The notes under the pieces were generated by a model. That model was not told the origin of the DNA and ran no database searches. It was given only the letters and a program-made list of their open reading frames with translations. The position numbers and the translations under genes were made by a program. A stretch of DNA of 64,000 nucleotides, from contig CAKPNJ010000006.1 in NCBI GenBank assembly GCA_934168365.1, positions 937-64,936 on the forward strand. The letters are read 5' to 3'. Each line of letters starts with the position of its first letter. The first letter of the stretch is position 1. This DNA is from an uncultured Clostridia bacterium. GTDB lineage: Bacteria > Bacillota > Clostridia > TANB77 > CAG-508. Positions 27,899-37,816 of this stretch are shown here, piece by piece.

Positions 27899-28609
27899 TT
27901 ATTTATTACTTGCTATTTCATATTCTTCTAGGTTTGGTCTTGTTACATCCTCATCTTCTAAGTTATCAAATTGCCAATTTTTAAACTTTGTTGCATTTTC
28001 TTCTTCCGCTCCGTTGATTGCTTTCACTATCATTCCTGTTGACTTACTATACCAAAGCTTTAGTCCTAAGTTATTTATCTTATAGCATTCTTCTCCATCT
28101 ACTATATCAGATGTTATAATTGATGACAATTTCATTGTTCTACTTGTATATTCATCAATCAAATATGGTATGTCATTTAATTCTTTATTTGCATCTTTTT
28201 CAACTGTAGCTTTTAATATACTTGGCACTAAATATATTTTTTCATTTGTGTTTTCATTATTCCATAAAATTAAATCTCTTCCATTGTTCTGCATTACATA
28301 CATCTTTATTCCATCTTTGTAATAAATTTTATTTACAACCTTTTTTGAGTTATCTGTAGTATTTTCTAATTCTATTGTATAAGAAAAGTTTCCTACACTC
28401 ATGTTTGTTCTTTGGTTTATTACAATTTTATTGATAATACTACCATTTATTATAAACCATAGCATCAATCCTACTACAATTACAGCTAATACTATAAAAA
28501 TTATTTTCTCACTTGATTTTTTTTCTTTATTTTTCACAATATCATTCTCCTTATTCTTCATATGTATATTTATTGTTTTTATTATATTATAATCATAATT
28601 TTTATTCAA
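27899..28609 (-). CDS. membrane-anchored protein with LolA/DUF4367-like domain (paralogous to the anti-sigma ectodomain)
   Basis: Single TM. GEECYKI...LWYSKSTGMIVK resembles GKECYVIKG...YIDKETGLAVR in 9545..10402. Confidence 0.45.
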   Translation of the reverse strand: MNKNYDYNIIKTINIHMKNKENDIVKNKEKKSSEKIIFIVLAVIVVGLMLWFIINGSIINKIVINQRTNMSVGNFSYTIELENTTDNSKKVVNKIYYKDGIKMYVMQNNGRDLILWNNENTNEKIYLVPSILKATVEKDANKELNDIPYLIDEYTSRTMKLSSIITSDIVDGEECYKINNLGLKLWYSKSTGMIVKAINGAEEENATKFKNWQFDNLEDEDVTRPNLEEYEIASNK

Positions 28610-28652
28610 TAGTTACAGAAAAAAAAATATGATTTTTTCAATTCAAACAATC

Positions 28653-28681
28653 TTGACCTATTTACGTCTTTAAGGTATAAT
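28653..28681 (+). promoter_or_regulatory. sigma-A type promoter of acyl-CoA ligase 1
   Basis: TTGACC - 17 nt - TATAAT. Confidence 0.65.
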
Positions 28682-28689
28682 AGTTTTTG

Positions 28690-28708
28690 AAACTACATAG
28701 TATAGTTT
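28690..28708 (+). promoter_or_regulatory. operator-like palindrome AAACTA-N7-TAGTTT, 8 nt downstream of the -10
   Basis: AAACTAcatagtaTAGTTT. The same palindrome sits at the same spacing at 42478..42496. Confidence 0.55.
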
Positions 28709-28732
28709 AGTAAATTATTTATTGGAGGACAA

Positions 28733-30454
28733 ATGAAAAAAGAACAAACTATTATAAAATTCGATAATATTAAAGATTTGTTATATCATTCGGCCAATAC
28801 TTATGCTGATAATATAGCATTTACAACAAAGATAAAAAATGGCAAAGAAGTTGAATATATAAATCACACTTATACTAATTTATTGGAAGATATTAATTAT
28901 TTCGGTACTTCTTTATATAAATTAGGTCTACAAGGTAAACGTTCTGCTGTTGTGGGACATAATTGTTATGAATGGGCTGTTGCACATTTAAGTAACTTAC
29001 TTGGAGGGATTGTTTCTGTTCCTTTAGATAAAGGCTTGCAAATTGGAGAACTTGAAGATTCTTTAATTAGAAGTGAAGTCGAATCAATAGTTTTTGATGA
29101 AAAACTAAAAGATATTATAGAAGAAATTAAAAATTCAGGAAAAACAAATATCAAGCATTTTATTTGCTTTTCCAAAGTACCTGGCTTTTTGTATTTTTAT
29201 GATTTAATTGATGACGGAAAAAAAGCTATTGAAGCTGGTTATTCAGAATATATAAATTATAAAGTTAATCCTTCTGCTATGAGTATTTTGCTTTTTACAT
29301 CTGGTACAACTTCTAAATCTAAAGCTGTTATGCTTAATCAAAATGGAATTGCAACAAATATATATGATATGCAATTAGTTGAAACTTTTTATAATACTGA
29401 TGTAAATATTGCATTTTTGCCATATCATCATATTTTTGGATCAACTGGTATGCTTGTAATGTTAGCATCTGGTATGAAAACTGTTTTTCCAGATGGATTA
29501 AGGTATATTCAACAAAACCTAAAAGAATATAAAGTATCTGTTTTTGTTGGAGTTCCTATTCTAATAGATAAAATGTACTCTACTATTATGAAGGAAGTTG
29601 AAAGACAAGGTAAAACTAGGCTTATAAACTTTATGATTAAGCTAAGCAATTTCTTGTTAAAACTTCATATTGATATTAGAAGAAAAGTTTTTAAACAACT
29701 TATTGATGCTCTTGGTGGAAATATGAGATTTGTTATTTCAGGTGGTGCCCCTCTTGATAAAAGAGTTGGTAAATGGTTTAACTCAATTGGTATTCATTTA
29801 GTTCAAGGTTATGGATTAACTGAAACCTCTCCTGTTATATCTGCTGAAAATGATACTTGTGTAAAAGAAGGTTCTGTTGGAATACCTATGGGAAGTCTTG
29901 ATGTAAAAATTAATAATAAAGATGCAAATGGTATTGGTGAAATAATTGTTAAAGGGCCAAATGTTATGCTTGGATATTACAAAAATGAAGAACAAACAAA
30001 TGAAGTATTAAAAGATGGCTGGTTCCACACTGGTGATTTAGGTTATATAGATGATGATGGTTACTTATTTATCACTGGTAGACAAAAAGATTTAATAGTT
30101 TTAAAAAATGGTAAAAAAGTATTTCCTGAGGAATTAGAAATTTTGATAAATAGATTAGATGAAGTTGAAGAATGTTTTGTTTATGGTCTTCCAGATGCTC
30201 AAGATAGTAATGATGTTAAAGTCTCTGTTGAAGTAGTATATAACGAAACCGTTACTAAGTCTAAATACCCTAATGCAACTGAACAAGAACTAAAAGATAT
30301 TATTTGGAATGAAATTAAAGAAATAAATAAAACTCTTCCTATGTACAAATATATAAAACATCTTGTTTTAACTAAAGAACCTTTAATAAAAACTACTACA
30401 AATAAAATAAAAAGAAATGAAGAACTAAAAAAAATTATTGAATTGGAGGGATAG
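28733..30454 (+). CDS. long-chain-fatty-acid--CoA ligase (AMP-binding), copy 1
   Basis: 573 aa; FTSGTTSKSKAV (AMP motif), GYGLTETS, GWFHTGDLGYIDDDGYLFITGRQKD. Confidence 0.85.
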   Translation: MKKEQTIIKFDNIKDLLYHSANTYADNIAFTTKIKNGKEVEYINHTYTNLLEDINYFGTSLYKLGLQGKRSAVVGHNCYEWAVAHLSNLLGGIVSVPLDKGLQIGELEDSLIRSEVESIVFDEKLKDIIEEIKNSGKTNIKHFICFSKVPGFLYFYDLIDDGKKAIEAGYSEYINYKVNPSAMSILLFTSGTTSKSKAVMLNQNGIATNIYDMQLVETFYNTDVNIAFLPYHHIFGSTGMLVMLASGMKTVFPDGLRYIQQNLKEYKVSVFVGVPILIDKMYSTIMKEVERQGKTRLINFMIKLSNFLLKLHIDIRRKVFKQLIDALGGNMRFVISGGAPLDKRVGKWFNSIGIHLVQGYGLTETSPVISAENDTCVKEGSVGIPMGSLDVKINNKDANGIGEIIVKGPNVMLGYYKNEEQTNEVLKDGWFHTGDLGYIDDDGYLFITGRQKDLIVLKNGKKVFPEELEILINRLDEVEECFVYGLPDAQDSNDVKVSVEVVYNETVTKSKYPNATEQELKDIIWNEIKEINKTLPMYKYIKHLVLTKEPLIKTTTNKIKRNEELKKIIELEG

Positions 30455-30455
30455 T

Positions 30456-31130
30456 ATGCATAGAGTAAAATTAGCTGACAGAGTATTGCCAACATATACA
30501 AAAGGTGAAGAAATTTTTAATATGGTATCACATATTGTCGGCGGTGCACTCGGTATTGCTGTTCTTGCTTTATGTGTTATATTTTCAGCATTACATCACA
30601 ATGTTTATGGTGTAGTTTCTACCTCAATTTATGGCGTATCTTTAATTTTACTATACACTATGTCAAGTATATATCATGGTTTAAACCCTAATTGTACAGC
30701 AAAAAAGGTCTTTCAAATAATTGATCACTGCTCTATATTTATTCTTATAGCTGGAACTTATACTCCATTTGCTTTATGTACTTTAAGAGAATATGATACA
30801 GCTACTGGTTGGACATTATTTGGAATTGTTTGGGGATTATCAATATTAGGAATTGTACTTAATTCAATAGATTTAAAAAGATATAAAGTTTTTTCTATGA
30901 TATGCTACATATTACTTGGTTGGTGTATCATATTTAAAATAAATGTAATTATAGAATTACTAACTATAAAAGGATTTATCTTATTATTAGCTGGTGGACT
31001 TGTATATACAATTGGAGCAATTTTTTATGGACTTGGTAAAAAACATAAATGGATGCACTCTGTATTTCATATTGCTTGTATAGTTGCAAGTGCATTACAA
31101 TTTTTTTGTATATTCTTTTATGTAATATAA
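30456..31130 (+). CDS. hemolysin III / PAQR family membrane protein
   Basis: 7 TM helices; SSIYHG...DHCSIF...HSVFH motifs. Start at the ATG behind GGAGGG. Confidence 0.85.
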   Translation: MHRVKLADRVLPTYTKGEEIFNMVSHIVGGALGIAVLALCVIFSALHHNVYGVVSTSIYGVSLILLYTMSSIYHGLNPNCTAKKVFQIIDHCSIFILIAGTYTPFALCTLREYDTATGWTLFGIVWGLSILGIVLNSIDLKRYKVFSMICYILLGWCIIFKINVIIELLTIKGFILLLAGGLVYTIGAIFYGLGKKHKWMHSVFHIACIVASALQFFCIFFYVI

Positions 31131-31134
31131 CTTT

Positions 31135-31167
31135 AAAGGGGAAGAGTAAACTCTTCCCCTTTTTTTA
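31135..31167. terminator. bidirectional intrinsic terminator between convergent genes
   Basis: AAAGGGGAAGAG-taaa-CTCTTCCCCTTT flanked by A-run and T-run. Confidence 0.75.
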
Positions 31168-31170
31168 TTC

Positions 31171-31299
31171 TTACCATCCCATATTTTCTCCGGGCTTACT
31201 AAGAAGCCCTTGAATGGACGTAAGAATAGTTGCTATTGCACCAATTATAGTTGCAGTAGCGGCGAGGATTTGGATGTATTTGCTCAGCTTGTTGTTCAT
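31171..31299 (-). CDS. small membrane protein (42 aa), below the ORF-track cutoff
   Basis: AAGGTAAGGA RBS; MNNKLSKYIQILAATATIIGAIATILTSIQGLLSKPGENMGW; locally GC-richer; ends at the bidirectional terminator. Confidence 0.35.
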   Translation of the reverse strand: MNNKLSKYIQILAATATIIGAIATILTSIQGLLSKPGENMGW

Positions 31300-31374
31300 A
31301 ACTATTCCTTACCTTTCATATTATTTTAATTTGAAATACATATATATTATACACTAGATTTACATAATTTTCAA

Positions 31375-33201
31375 TTATTTTTTTAATATTCTAATAGCAT
31401 TTAATACTGCAATTACTGAAACGCCAACATCTGCGAAAACCGCTTCCCACATTGTAGCAATTCCTACTGCACTCAAAACTAATACTAATGCTTTAATTGA
31501 AATTGCAAATACAATGTTTTGTTTAACAATTCTCATTGCTTTTTTAGAAATCTTAATAGCTTTATTTATTTTAGATGTTTCGTCTGTCATTATTACTATA
31601 TCTGCTGCTTCTATTGCTGCATCGCTTCCAAGACCTCCCATTGCTATCCCTATATCTGATAATGCAAGTACTGGTGCATCATTTATTCCATCTCCAACAA
31701 ATGCAAGTGTTCCACTCTTTTGTTTGATAAGCTCTTCTACTTTTTTTACTTTTCCATCTGGTAATAATTCAGTATATACTTTATCTATTCCTAATTTTTT
31801 AGCAACATCTTCTCCCACCTCTTTTTTGTCACCTGTAAGCATTATTGTCTGTTTTTTATTATCTTTTAATTCTTTTATTGCTTTATATGAATCTTCTTTT
31901 ATTTCGTCTGATATAAGTATATAACCAGCATATTTATTTTCAATTGCTACATGTACTACAGTGCCTATTTCACTACATTTTGTATATTCAATATTGTTTT
32001 CTTGCATTAGTTTTTCATTTCCAACTAATACTTGTTTATTTTCAATTTTTACACTTATTCCTTTTCCAGATATTTCGTTTATATCTGAAATCAATTTGTC
32101 ATCTATTTTTTCATTATATGCTTTTTTTATTGATACTGCAATTGGATGATTTGAATAGTTTTCTGCATAAGCCGAATATTTTATAATGTCTTGTTTAGAT
32201 GCTCCTACTTCTTCTACTTTTTGAACTTCAAATACACCTTTTGTAAGTGTTCCTGTTTTGTCAAAAACCACTGTATTAACATTTGCTAAAGCTTCTAAAT
32301 AATTTCCACCTTTGATTAAAACTCCTATTTTAGATGCTCCACCAATTCCTGCAAAAAAGCTTAAAGGTATTGATATAACTAGTGCACATGGACATGACAC
32401 AACTAAAAATGATAACGCTCTATATAGCCATTCTGTGAAGTTTGCTTCTTTTATAATAATTGGTGGTACAATAGCTATAATTACTGCTAATATTACAACT
32501 ACTGGAGTATAATATTTTGCAAATTTAGTAATAAAGTTTTCAGATTTAGATTTTTTATCTTCTGCATTTTCAATTAAGTTTAATATCTTACTAACAGTTG
32601 ATTCTCCAAATTCTTTAGTTACTTGAATTCTTAATAACCCAGTCTGGTTTATACATCCACTAAAAACATTATCTCCTGTATTAGCTTTTCTTGGAACTGA
32701 TTCTCCTGTTAATGCTGTTGTATCTAGCATTGACTCCCCTTCTATAATTTTTCCATCAAGAGGAATTTTCTCCCCAGGTTTTACAATAATTATTTCTCCA
32801 ACTTTTACTTCTTCAGGATTAACTTTTATCTCAGCATTTTCTCTTAAAACATTTGCAAAATCCGGTCTAATATTCATTAAATTCTCTATTGATTTTTTAG
32901 AGTTATCAACTGCATAATCTTGAAATGTTTCTCCCACTTGATAAAGCAACATTACAGTGACAGTCTCTGGGTATTCTCCAATAGCAAAAGCACCTATTGT
33001 AGCTATTGCCATTAAAAAGTTTTCGTCAAATACTTCTCCTTTGAAAATGTTTTCTATTGCTTCTTTTAAAACTTCAAATCCAACTACTAAATATGCAATT
33101 ACATATATAGCAATTTTTATTATTTGATTATCAATTGGCATTAGTAATGCTATTAAAAGTAATACTAATGATGTTAAAATCTTTATAATTTCTTTTTTCA
33201 T
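31375..33201 (-). CDS. cadA: heavy-metal (Cd/Zn/Co-type) translocating P1B-type ATPase without an N-terminal HMA domain
   Basis: 608 aa; CPC in the TM region, DKTGTLT phosphorylation site, GDGINDAP. Confidence 0.85.
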   Translation of the reverse strand: MKKEIIKILTSLVLLLIALLMPIDNQIIKIAIYVIAYLVVGFEVLKEAIENIFKGEVFDENFLMAIATIGAFAIGEYPETVTVMLLYQVGETFQDYAVDNSKKSIENLMNIRPDFANVLRENAEIKVNPEEVKVGEIIIVKPGEKIPLDGKIIEGESMLDTTALTGESVPRKANTGDNVFSGCINQTGLLRIQVTKEFGESTVSKILNLIENAEDKKSKSENFITKFAKYYTPVVVILAVIIAIVPPIIIKEANFTEWLYRALSFLVVSCPCALVISIPLSFFAGIGGASKIGVLIKGGNYLEALANVNTVVFDKTGTLTKGVFEVQKVEEVGASKQDIIKYSAYAENYSNHPIAVSIKKAYNEKIDDKLISDINEISGKGISVKIENKQVLVGNEKLMQENNIEYTKCSEIGTVVHVAIENKYAGYILISDEIKEDSYKAIKELKDNKKQTIMLTGDKKEVGEDVAKKLGIDKVYTELLPDGKVKKVEELIKQKSGTLAFVGDGINDAPVLALSDIGIAMGGLGSDAAIEAADIVIMTDETSKINKAIKISKKAMRIVKQNIVFAISIKALVLVLSAVGIATMWEAVFADVGVSVIAVLNAIRILKK

Positions 33202-33226
33202 AATATTATCTCCTTTTTATAAAACA

Positions 33227-33592
33227 CTATATTCTGTGTTCAATATGCTCTGCACCGATTTCAAATACTTTTTTTACATGTTCATCATCAAGCATATAAA
33301 ATACTTCTTTACCTACTCTTTTACATTTTACAATTCCACTTCTTCTTAATGTTCCTAATTGATGTGAAATTGAAGATTTACTCATACTTAAAACATTTGC
33401 AATGTCACATACACACATTTCATTTTTGTCTAAAGCTGATAATATTTTAACTCTAGTAGTATCTCCTAGAATTTTAAAAAACTCTGCTAAATTGTTAAAC
33501 AGATCTTCATCATTTAACATTTGCTTTTTAGTACTTTCTACTACTTCTTGATGTATTGCATTACAATCACAAATGAATTCATTTCTAGACAT
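33227..33592 (-). CDS. ArsR/SmtB-family metalloregulator
   Basis: 121 aa; ILGDTTRVKILSAL...CVCDI (metal-binding CxC) ...SHQL. Confidence 0.85.
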   Translation of the reverse strand: MSRNEFICDCNAIHQEVVESTKKQMLNDEDLFNNLAEFFKILGDTTRVKILSALDKNEMCVCDIANVLSMSKSSISHQLGTLRRSGIVKCKRVGKEVFYMLDDEHVKKVFEIGAEHIEHRI

Positions 33593-33627
33593 ACTATTTC
33601 CTCCTTAGTTTTATTATATGCAAGTAT

Positions 33628-33647
33628 AGTTGAATGTTTACTCAACT
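33628..33647 (-). promoter_or_regulatory. ArsR/SmtB-type operator 1
   Basis: AGTTGAatgtttacTCAACT inverted repeat upstream of the arsR-cadA operon. Confidence 0.55.
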
Positions 33648-33660
33648 TTGAATATATTAT

Positions 33661-33680
33661 AGTTGAATGTATATTCAATT
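33661..33680 (-). promoter_or_regulatory. ArsR/SmtB-type operator 2
   Basis: AGTTGAATgtatATTCAATT, a near-repeat of operator 1 lying 33 nt away. Confidence 0.55.
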
Positions 33681-33763
33681 GTCAATTGTTTTTTATAGAA
33701 TTTTCAAATAATTTTAATACAATAAAAAAGAACCAAAATTATTAAATCTTGGCTCTTTTTTAT

Positions 33764-35485
33764 TTATAAATTATCTGTACTTATATCTTCTTTAACAATT
33801 GTTTTTAGGTCTTTTTTAGTTTTCTTTCCTCTAGTATTTGATGCATGTTTTATTATTGTTTTTTCATATAGATTTCTTGCAAATCTTGCATTTCCAAAGT
33901 TTTTAGTGTTTCTATATTTATCAATTACTTTTACTACTTCATCACAGGCTTCTTTAGTAATGCTAAATCCTGCTTTTTTAACCATTCCTTCAAAGATTTT
34001 TAATAATTCTTCAGATGTATAGTCTTTAAAATCTAGTGTATAACCAATTCTAGAAACTATACCTGAGTTAGCATTTAAAAATGCTTGCATTTCTTTTGTG
34101 TATCCAGCAAAAATTACAACTAGATTATCTCTATAATTTTCCATTGCCTGTATAAGTGTTGCAATAGCTTCTTTATTAAATGAATTTCCACTTCCTTCTT
34201 CAGATGCAAGTGAATATGCTTCATCTACAAATAGCACTCCACCCAAAGCTCTTTCAATAACAGCCATTGTCTTTGGTGCAGTTTGTCCAACATATTCTGC
34301 GACCAAATCTTTGCTTGATACTTCAATTAATTTATTTTGTTTGATATATTTTAAATTATATAGCATTTCTGCAATAATTCTTGCAACAGTTGTTTTACCT
34401 GTTCCTGGGTTTCCTAAAAATACCATATGTAAATTTATATCTTTAATTTTCAAGTCATCTTTAGTCTTATTTTTTAATTCTATTAAATCTACTAAATCTT
34501 TTAATACTTGTTTTATATTTTCTAGTCCTACAAGATTATTTAGATCTGCAAATATTTCGTCCATAGATTTTTCTTGTTCGTATTTTGGTAAATCATTTTC
34601 TGTTATTTCTTGATCTTTGCTAAATAATATTTTATTGCATAACTTATCTCTGTATTCAGGAAATGATAAATCTGTTTTTGGATATGTTGCAGCTATATAG
34701 TCTAATAGTTTAATTGATGCTTCATCTGTTATTTGACTACTTTCTTTTAATTTACTTAATACTTCTTGATAAACATCTTGCACATCTATATTGGTTGATT
34801 CAATTTTGAATTCAAAATATTTTTCAATCATATCTGATTGCATTGCTTGTTCAATTGTCTCAGGGGTTTTTGAAATTAAAATAGTTAAGAAATCTTTTGG
34901 ATTTTCTTCTAACTTTTCTTTCATATTATGTAAAAATCTATCTTTGAATTCTTTTTCTTTTGCTGTAAATCCTTCAAAATCTTTTAGTACGATTACACTA
35001 TTCTCTTTGCTATAAATCTCATTAATTTGTTCTGGTTTTTCTACATTATAGAAAGATGTTTCAATAGTAGATCCTCTTTTTATATATGAGAAAAATGTAG
35101 CTGCATCACTTATTATATCAATAATTCCATATGTAGTTTCTTTATTATTTGAATAAATGCACATATTAAATGGAATGTATTGTTTTTCTATTCCTTCACT
35201 ATATTTTCTCATATACTCAATAATTTTTTTAAGAGTATTTTTTGATTGTTCTGTAATGTATAGTTTTTCTAACTTTTCAAAAGACTTTAACATAAATTCA
35301 TCTTTTGTTTCTTTTATTTTTTCTTCAGTTAGCTCTTCTTTTGCCTCATCTTGCTTGTTTAATTCAATTGTAGGATAATCTTGGTTTAATCCTAATTCTT
35401 TTGCTAATTTTTCATTTTCTGCTTTAATTTTTTCCACTCCAAAAAAATCTTCATATACATCTTTAAAAAATTGTTTAGTATCCAT
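33764..35485 (-). CDS. AAA+ ATPase of the SpoVK/CbxX type with an N-terminal extension of about 330 aa
   Basis: Walker A GNPGTGKTT, Walker B VLFVDEAY, CbxX-like ATPase-domain pattern. Confidence 0.8.
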   Translation of the reverse strand: MDTKQFFKDVYEDFFGVEKIKAENEKLAKELGLNQDYPTIELNKQDEAKEELTEEKIKETKDEFMLKSFEKLEKLYITEQSKNTLKKIIEYMRKYSEGIEKQYIPFNMCIYSNNKETTYGIIDIISDAATFFSYIKRGSTIETSFYNVEKPEQINEIYSKENSVIVLKDFEGFTAKEKEFKDRFLHNMKEKLEENPKDFLTILISKTPETIEQAMQSDMIEKYFEFKIESTNIDVQDVYQEVLSKLKESSQITDEASIKLLDYIAATYPKTDLSFPEYRDKLCNKILFSKDQEITENDLPKYEQEKSMDEIFADLNNLVGLENIKQVLKDLVDLIELKNKTKDDLKIKDINLHMVFLGNPGTGKTTVARIIAEMLYNLKYIKQNKLIEVSSKDLVAEYVGQTAPKTMAVIERALGGVLFVDEAYSLASEEGSGNSFNKEAIATLIQAMENYRDNLVVIFAGYTKEMQAFLNANSGIVSRIGYTLDFKDYTSEELLKIFEGMVKKAGFSITKEACDEVVKVIDKYRNTKNFGNARFARNLYEKTIIKHASNTRGKKTKKDLKTIVKEDISTDNL

Positions 35486-35506
35486 ATATTCCTCTCAATT
35501 GACAAA

Positions 35507-36655
35507 TTATTTAACTTTTAATTCTATCATTTTCTCTTTTAGTTCTTTTTCAATATTTGCAAGTTCTACTTCAGCTTCTTGACGTTTTACTCTTCCATTT
35601 TCATGAATTTGTATAACTTGATCTAATGTATCAATTATATCTTTATTAGTTTTTTGTAATGTAGCAACATCAACAATAGCTCTTTCTGATTCTTCTGCAA
35701 TTTCTATTGAACCTTGTTTTAATATTTCGCTATTCTTTTGTAGCATACTATTTGTTAAATCTGTAACAGCTTTTTGTGCTCCAATTGCTTGTTTAGCATT
35801 GTTTATTCCTAATGCTAATACCATTTGGTTTTTCCATAATGGAATTGTATTTGTTAAAGAACCTTGAATTTTTTCTACAAGTTCTGCTTCATTGTTTTGT
35901 AGTAAACGAATTTGCGGTGCCATTTGAATAGATATAATTCTTGTTGTTTTTAAATCATATATTTTCTTTTCAAATCTATTTATCATATTTTCCATATCAT
36001 TTACTTTTTGCGCATCAAGTTGTTCTCCAGATTCTTGTGCCTTTTTTTGTAATTCAGGTAATGTTACATTTCTTAATTCTTCAATTTTCTTTTCACCTGC
36101 AATAATGTATAAAGATAATTCTTTAAAATACTCTAAGTTTTTTTCATACATTGTATCAAATATTGTAATATCTTTTAACATTTGTAGTCTGTGTTTTTCT
36201 AGACTTGCTTCAATTTTGTCTATATTTACTTCAATTTTTTCATATCCAGCTATTAGTTTTTCTAATTGTTTTTTTACACTAGTAAATAATTTTCCTAATC
36301 CAGTTTTGTTTGTATTAGCTATATCAGAATCAAATGATTTTATTTCACCCACAAGGTCTGCAAGTAAGTCGCCTACTTCTCCTGTACTTCTTGTTTTTAC
36401 ATCTTCTAATACGCTATCAGAAAATTGTGATATTTTTGTTTGAGCTTTTGCTCCATATTGTAATACTTGTGTAGCATCCTCAACATTTATTTTTTTATTA
36501 AATTCTTCTATTGCATCTTTTTCTTCTTGTGATAATAAATCATAATTTAATGATTTTTCAATTTTCTCATCTGTTACTTTTTTTGATTCTTGAGCTAAGC
36601 TCTCTACCTCAGCTTTATTTAATTCTTTATTAACCTTTAATTCTAATTCCTCCAT
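35507..36655 (-). CDS. TelA-family toxic anion resistance protein
   Basis: 382 aa coiled-coil protein with the TelA/YaaN-like pattern. Confidence 0.8.
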   Translation of the reverse strand: MEELELKVNKELNKAEVESLAQESKKVTDEKIEKSLNYDLLSQEEKDAIEEFNKKINVEDATQVLQYGAKAQTKISQFSDSVLEDVKTRSTGEVGDLLADLVGEIKSFDSDIANTNKTGLGKLFTSVKKQLEKLIAGYEKIEVNIDKIEASLEKHRLQMLKDITIFDTMYEKNLEYFKELSLYIIAGEKKIEELRNVTLPELQKKAQESGEQLDAQKVNDMENMINRFEKKIYDLKTTRIISIQMAPQIRLLQNNEAELVEKIQGSLTNTIPLWKNQMVLALGINNAKQAIGAQKAVTDLTNSMLQKNSEILKQGSIEIAEESERAIVDVATLQKTNKDIIDTLDQVIQIHENGRVKRQEAEVELANIEKELKEKMIELKVK

Positions 36656-36674
36656 TTTTTAATCTCCTTTTATT

Positions 36675-37799
36675 TTATTTTTTTAAATATTCAATCAACT
36701 GATTGTAAACATCCATCTTTAAGCTTGTTACTGTACTTGTTATATTTTGTGGAATTCCTATTCCTAATCCAGAAACATCATAATTTCCACCTGTAATACC
36801 AGTTCTAAATCCATATTCAGACCATGCAACTTGTTGAATTTCCTTATCCTCAAATGCTTGGTAAAATTGATTTCCATTTTCATCAAAAGTTGCTATACAA
36901 TGTGAATTCCATATTGTTGGAGTTGGGTATAATATACGTATATCTTTTTTTACTTGTTCAAAACCTTCTGGATTTGAGTTTGCAAATTCAATTATACTTT
37001 TTTCATAATCAACTATCATAGGCTCTCCGCCCATACCTGTTTTTAAATATTTTTCAAACAAGTCTGCTGGTGTATTGTTCATATATCCAGACTTCTCATA
37101 AAATTCTTTTAATTTTGGTAAATTGGTTTGTAAGTTTTTGTCATTTATTGAACTCTCACACATTATTGATAATAATAATCCATAATATGTTGCACCTGGT
37201 GATGATGTAACAGGGTCTGTAGAAGCAACATTTATATTACCATACAATTGACTTAATCCTATATCAGACCATTTTTTACCTGTTAATATATAGTTCAAGA
37301 GTTTTGGCATATCTGTTATATAATATACTCCATCTTTTTGAGTTACTATTTTTTCTTTTTCTAAGGCATCAACAACTTCTCCCCAGCTATATATTACTAT
37401 TGGAGTATTTAAAGTTAGTCCACCATTTAAAACTCTGTATCTGTCTGCTTCTCCTTCTGATTTATTTGGAGATAATTTATAATAATCATAAAATCTTTGA
37501 TCAGAACAGAACATTGCATCATATTTAGTTGTTCCATCTTCTCTTACTAATGGATTTTTGATTAGTTTTCCATTACTCCATGAATCATAAACAACATTTA
37601 GTCCATATTTGTTTTCCATGATGTTTACTACTTTTTCATTTGCAATAAATCCCTCTTTTCCTCCACCTGTTGCTACATATACTGTTGTCAGATCTTTGCC
37701 TGATACTGAGTCTTTTTTGTCACCTATAAATTTAATTCCAACTATTATTAGTATTAGAACTAAAAATATTACGAGCCCTATAATTTGTTTTTTACTCAC
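36675..37799 (-). CDS. membrane-anchored periplasmic-binding-protein-like (PBP) domain protein
   Basis: N-terminal TM, then a PBP-like fold pattern paralogous to the N-terminal half of 38441..40060. Confidence 0.5.
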   Translation of the reverse strand: MSKKQIIGLVIFLVLILIIVGIKFIGDKKDSVSGKDLTTVYVATGGGKEGFIANEKVVNIMENKYGLNVVYDSWSNGKLIKNPLVREDGTTKYDAMFCSDQRFYDYYKLSPNKSEGEADRYRVLNGGLTLNTPIVIYSWGEVVDALEKEKIVTQKDGVYYITDMPKLLNYILTGKKWSDIGLSQLYGNINVASTDPVTSSPGATYYGLLLSIMCESSINDKNLQTNLPKLKEFYEKSGYMNNTPADLFEKYLKTGMGGEPMIVDYEKSIIEFANSNPEGFEQVKKDIRILYPTPTIWNSHCIATFDENGNQFYQAFEDKEIQQVAWSEYGFRTGITGGNYDVSGLGIGIPQNITSTVTSLKMDVYNQLIEYLKK

Positions 37800-37816
37800 T
37801 ATTTTCTCCTCCTTTA

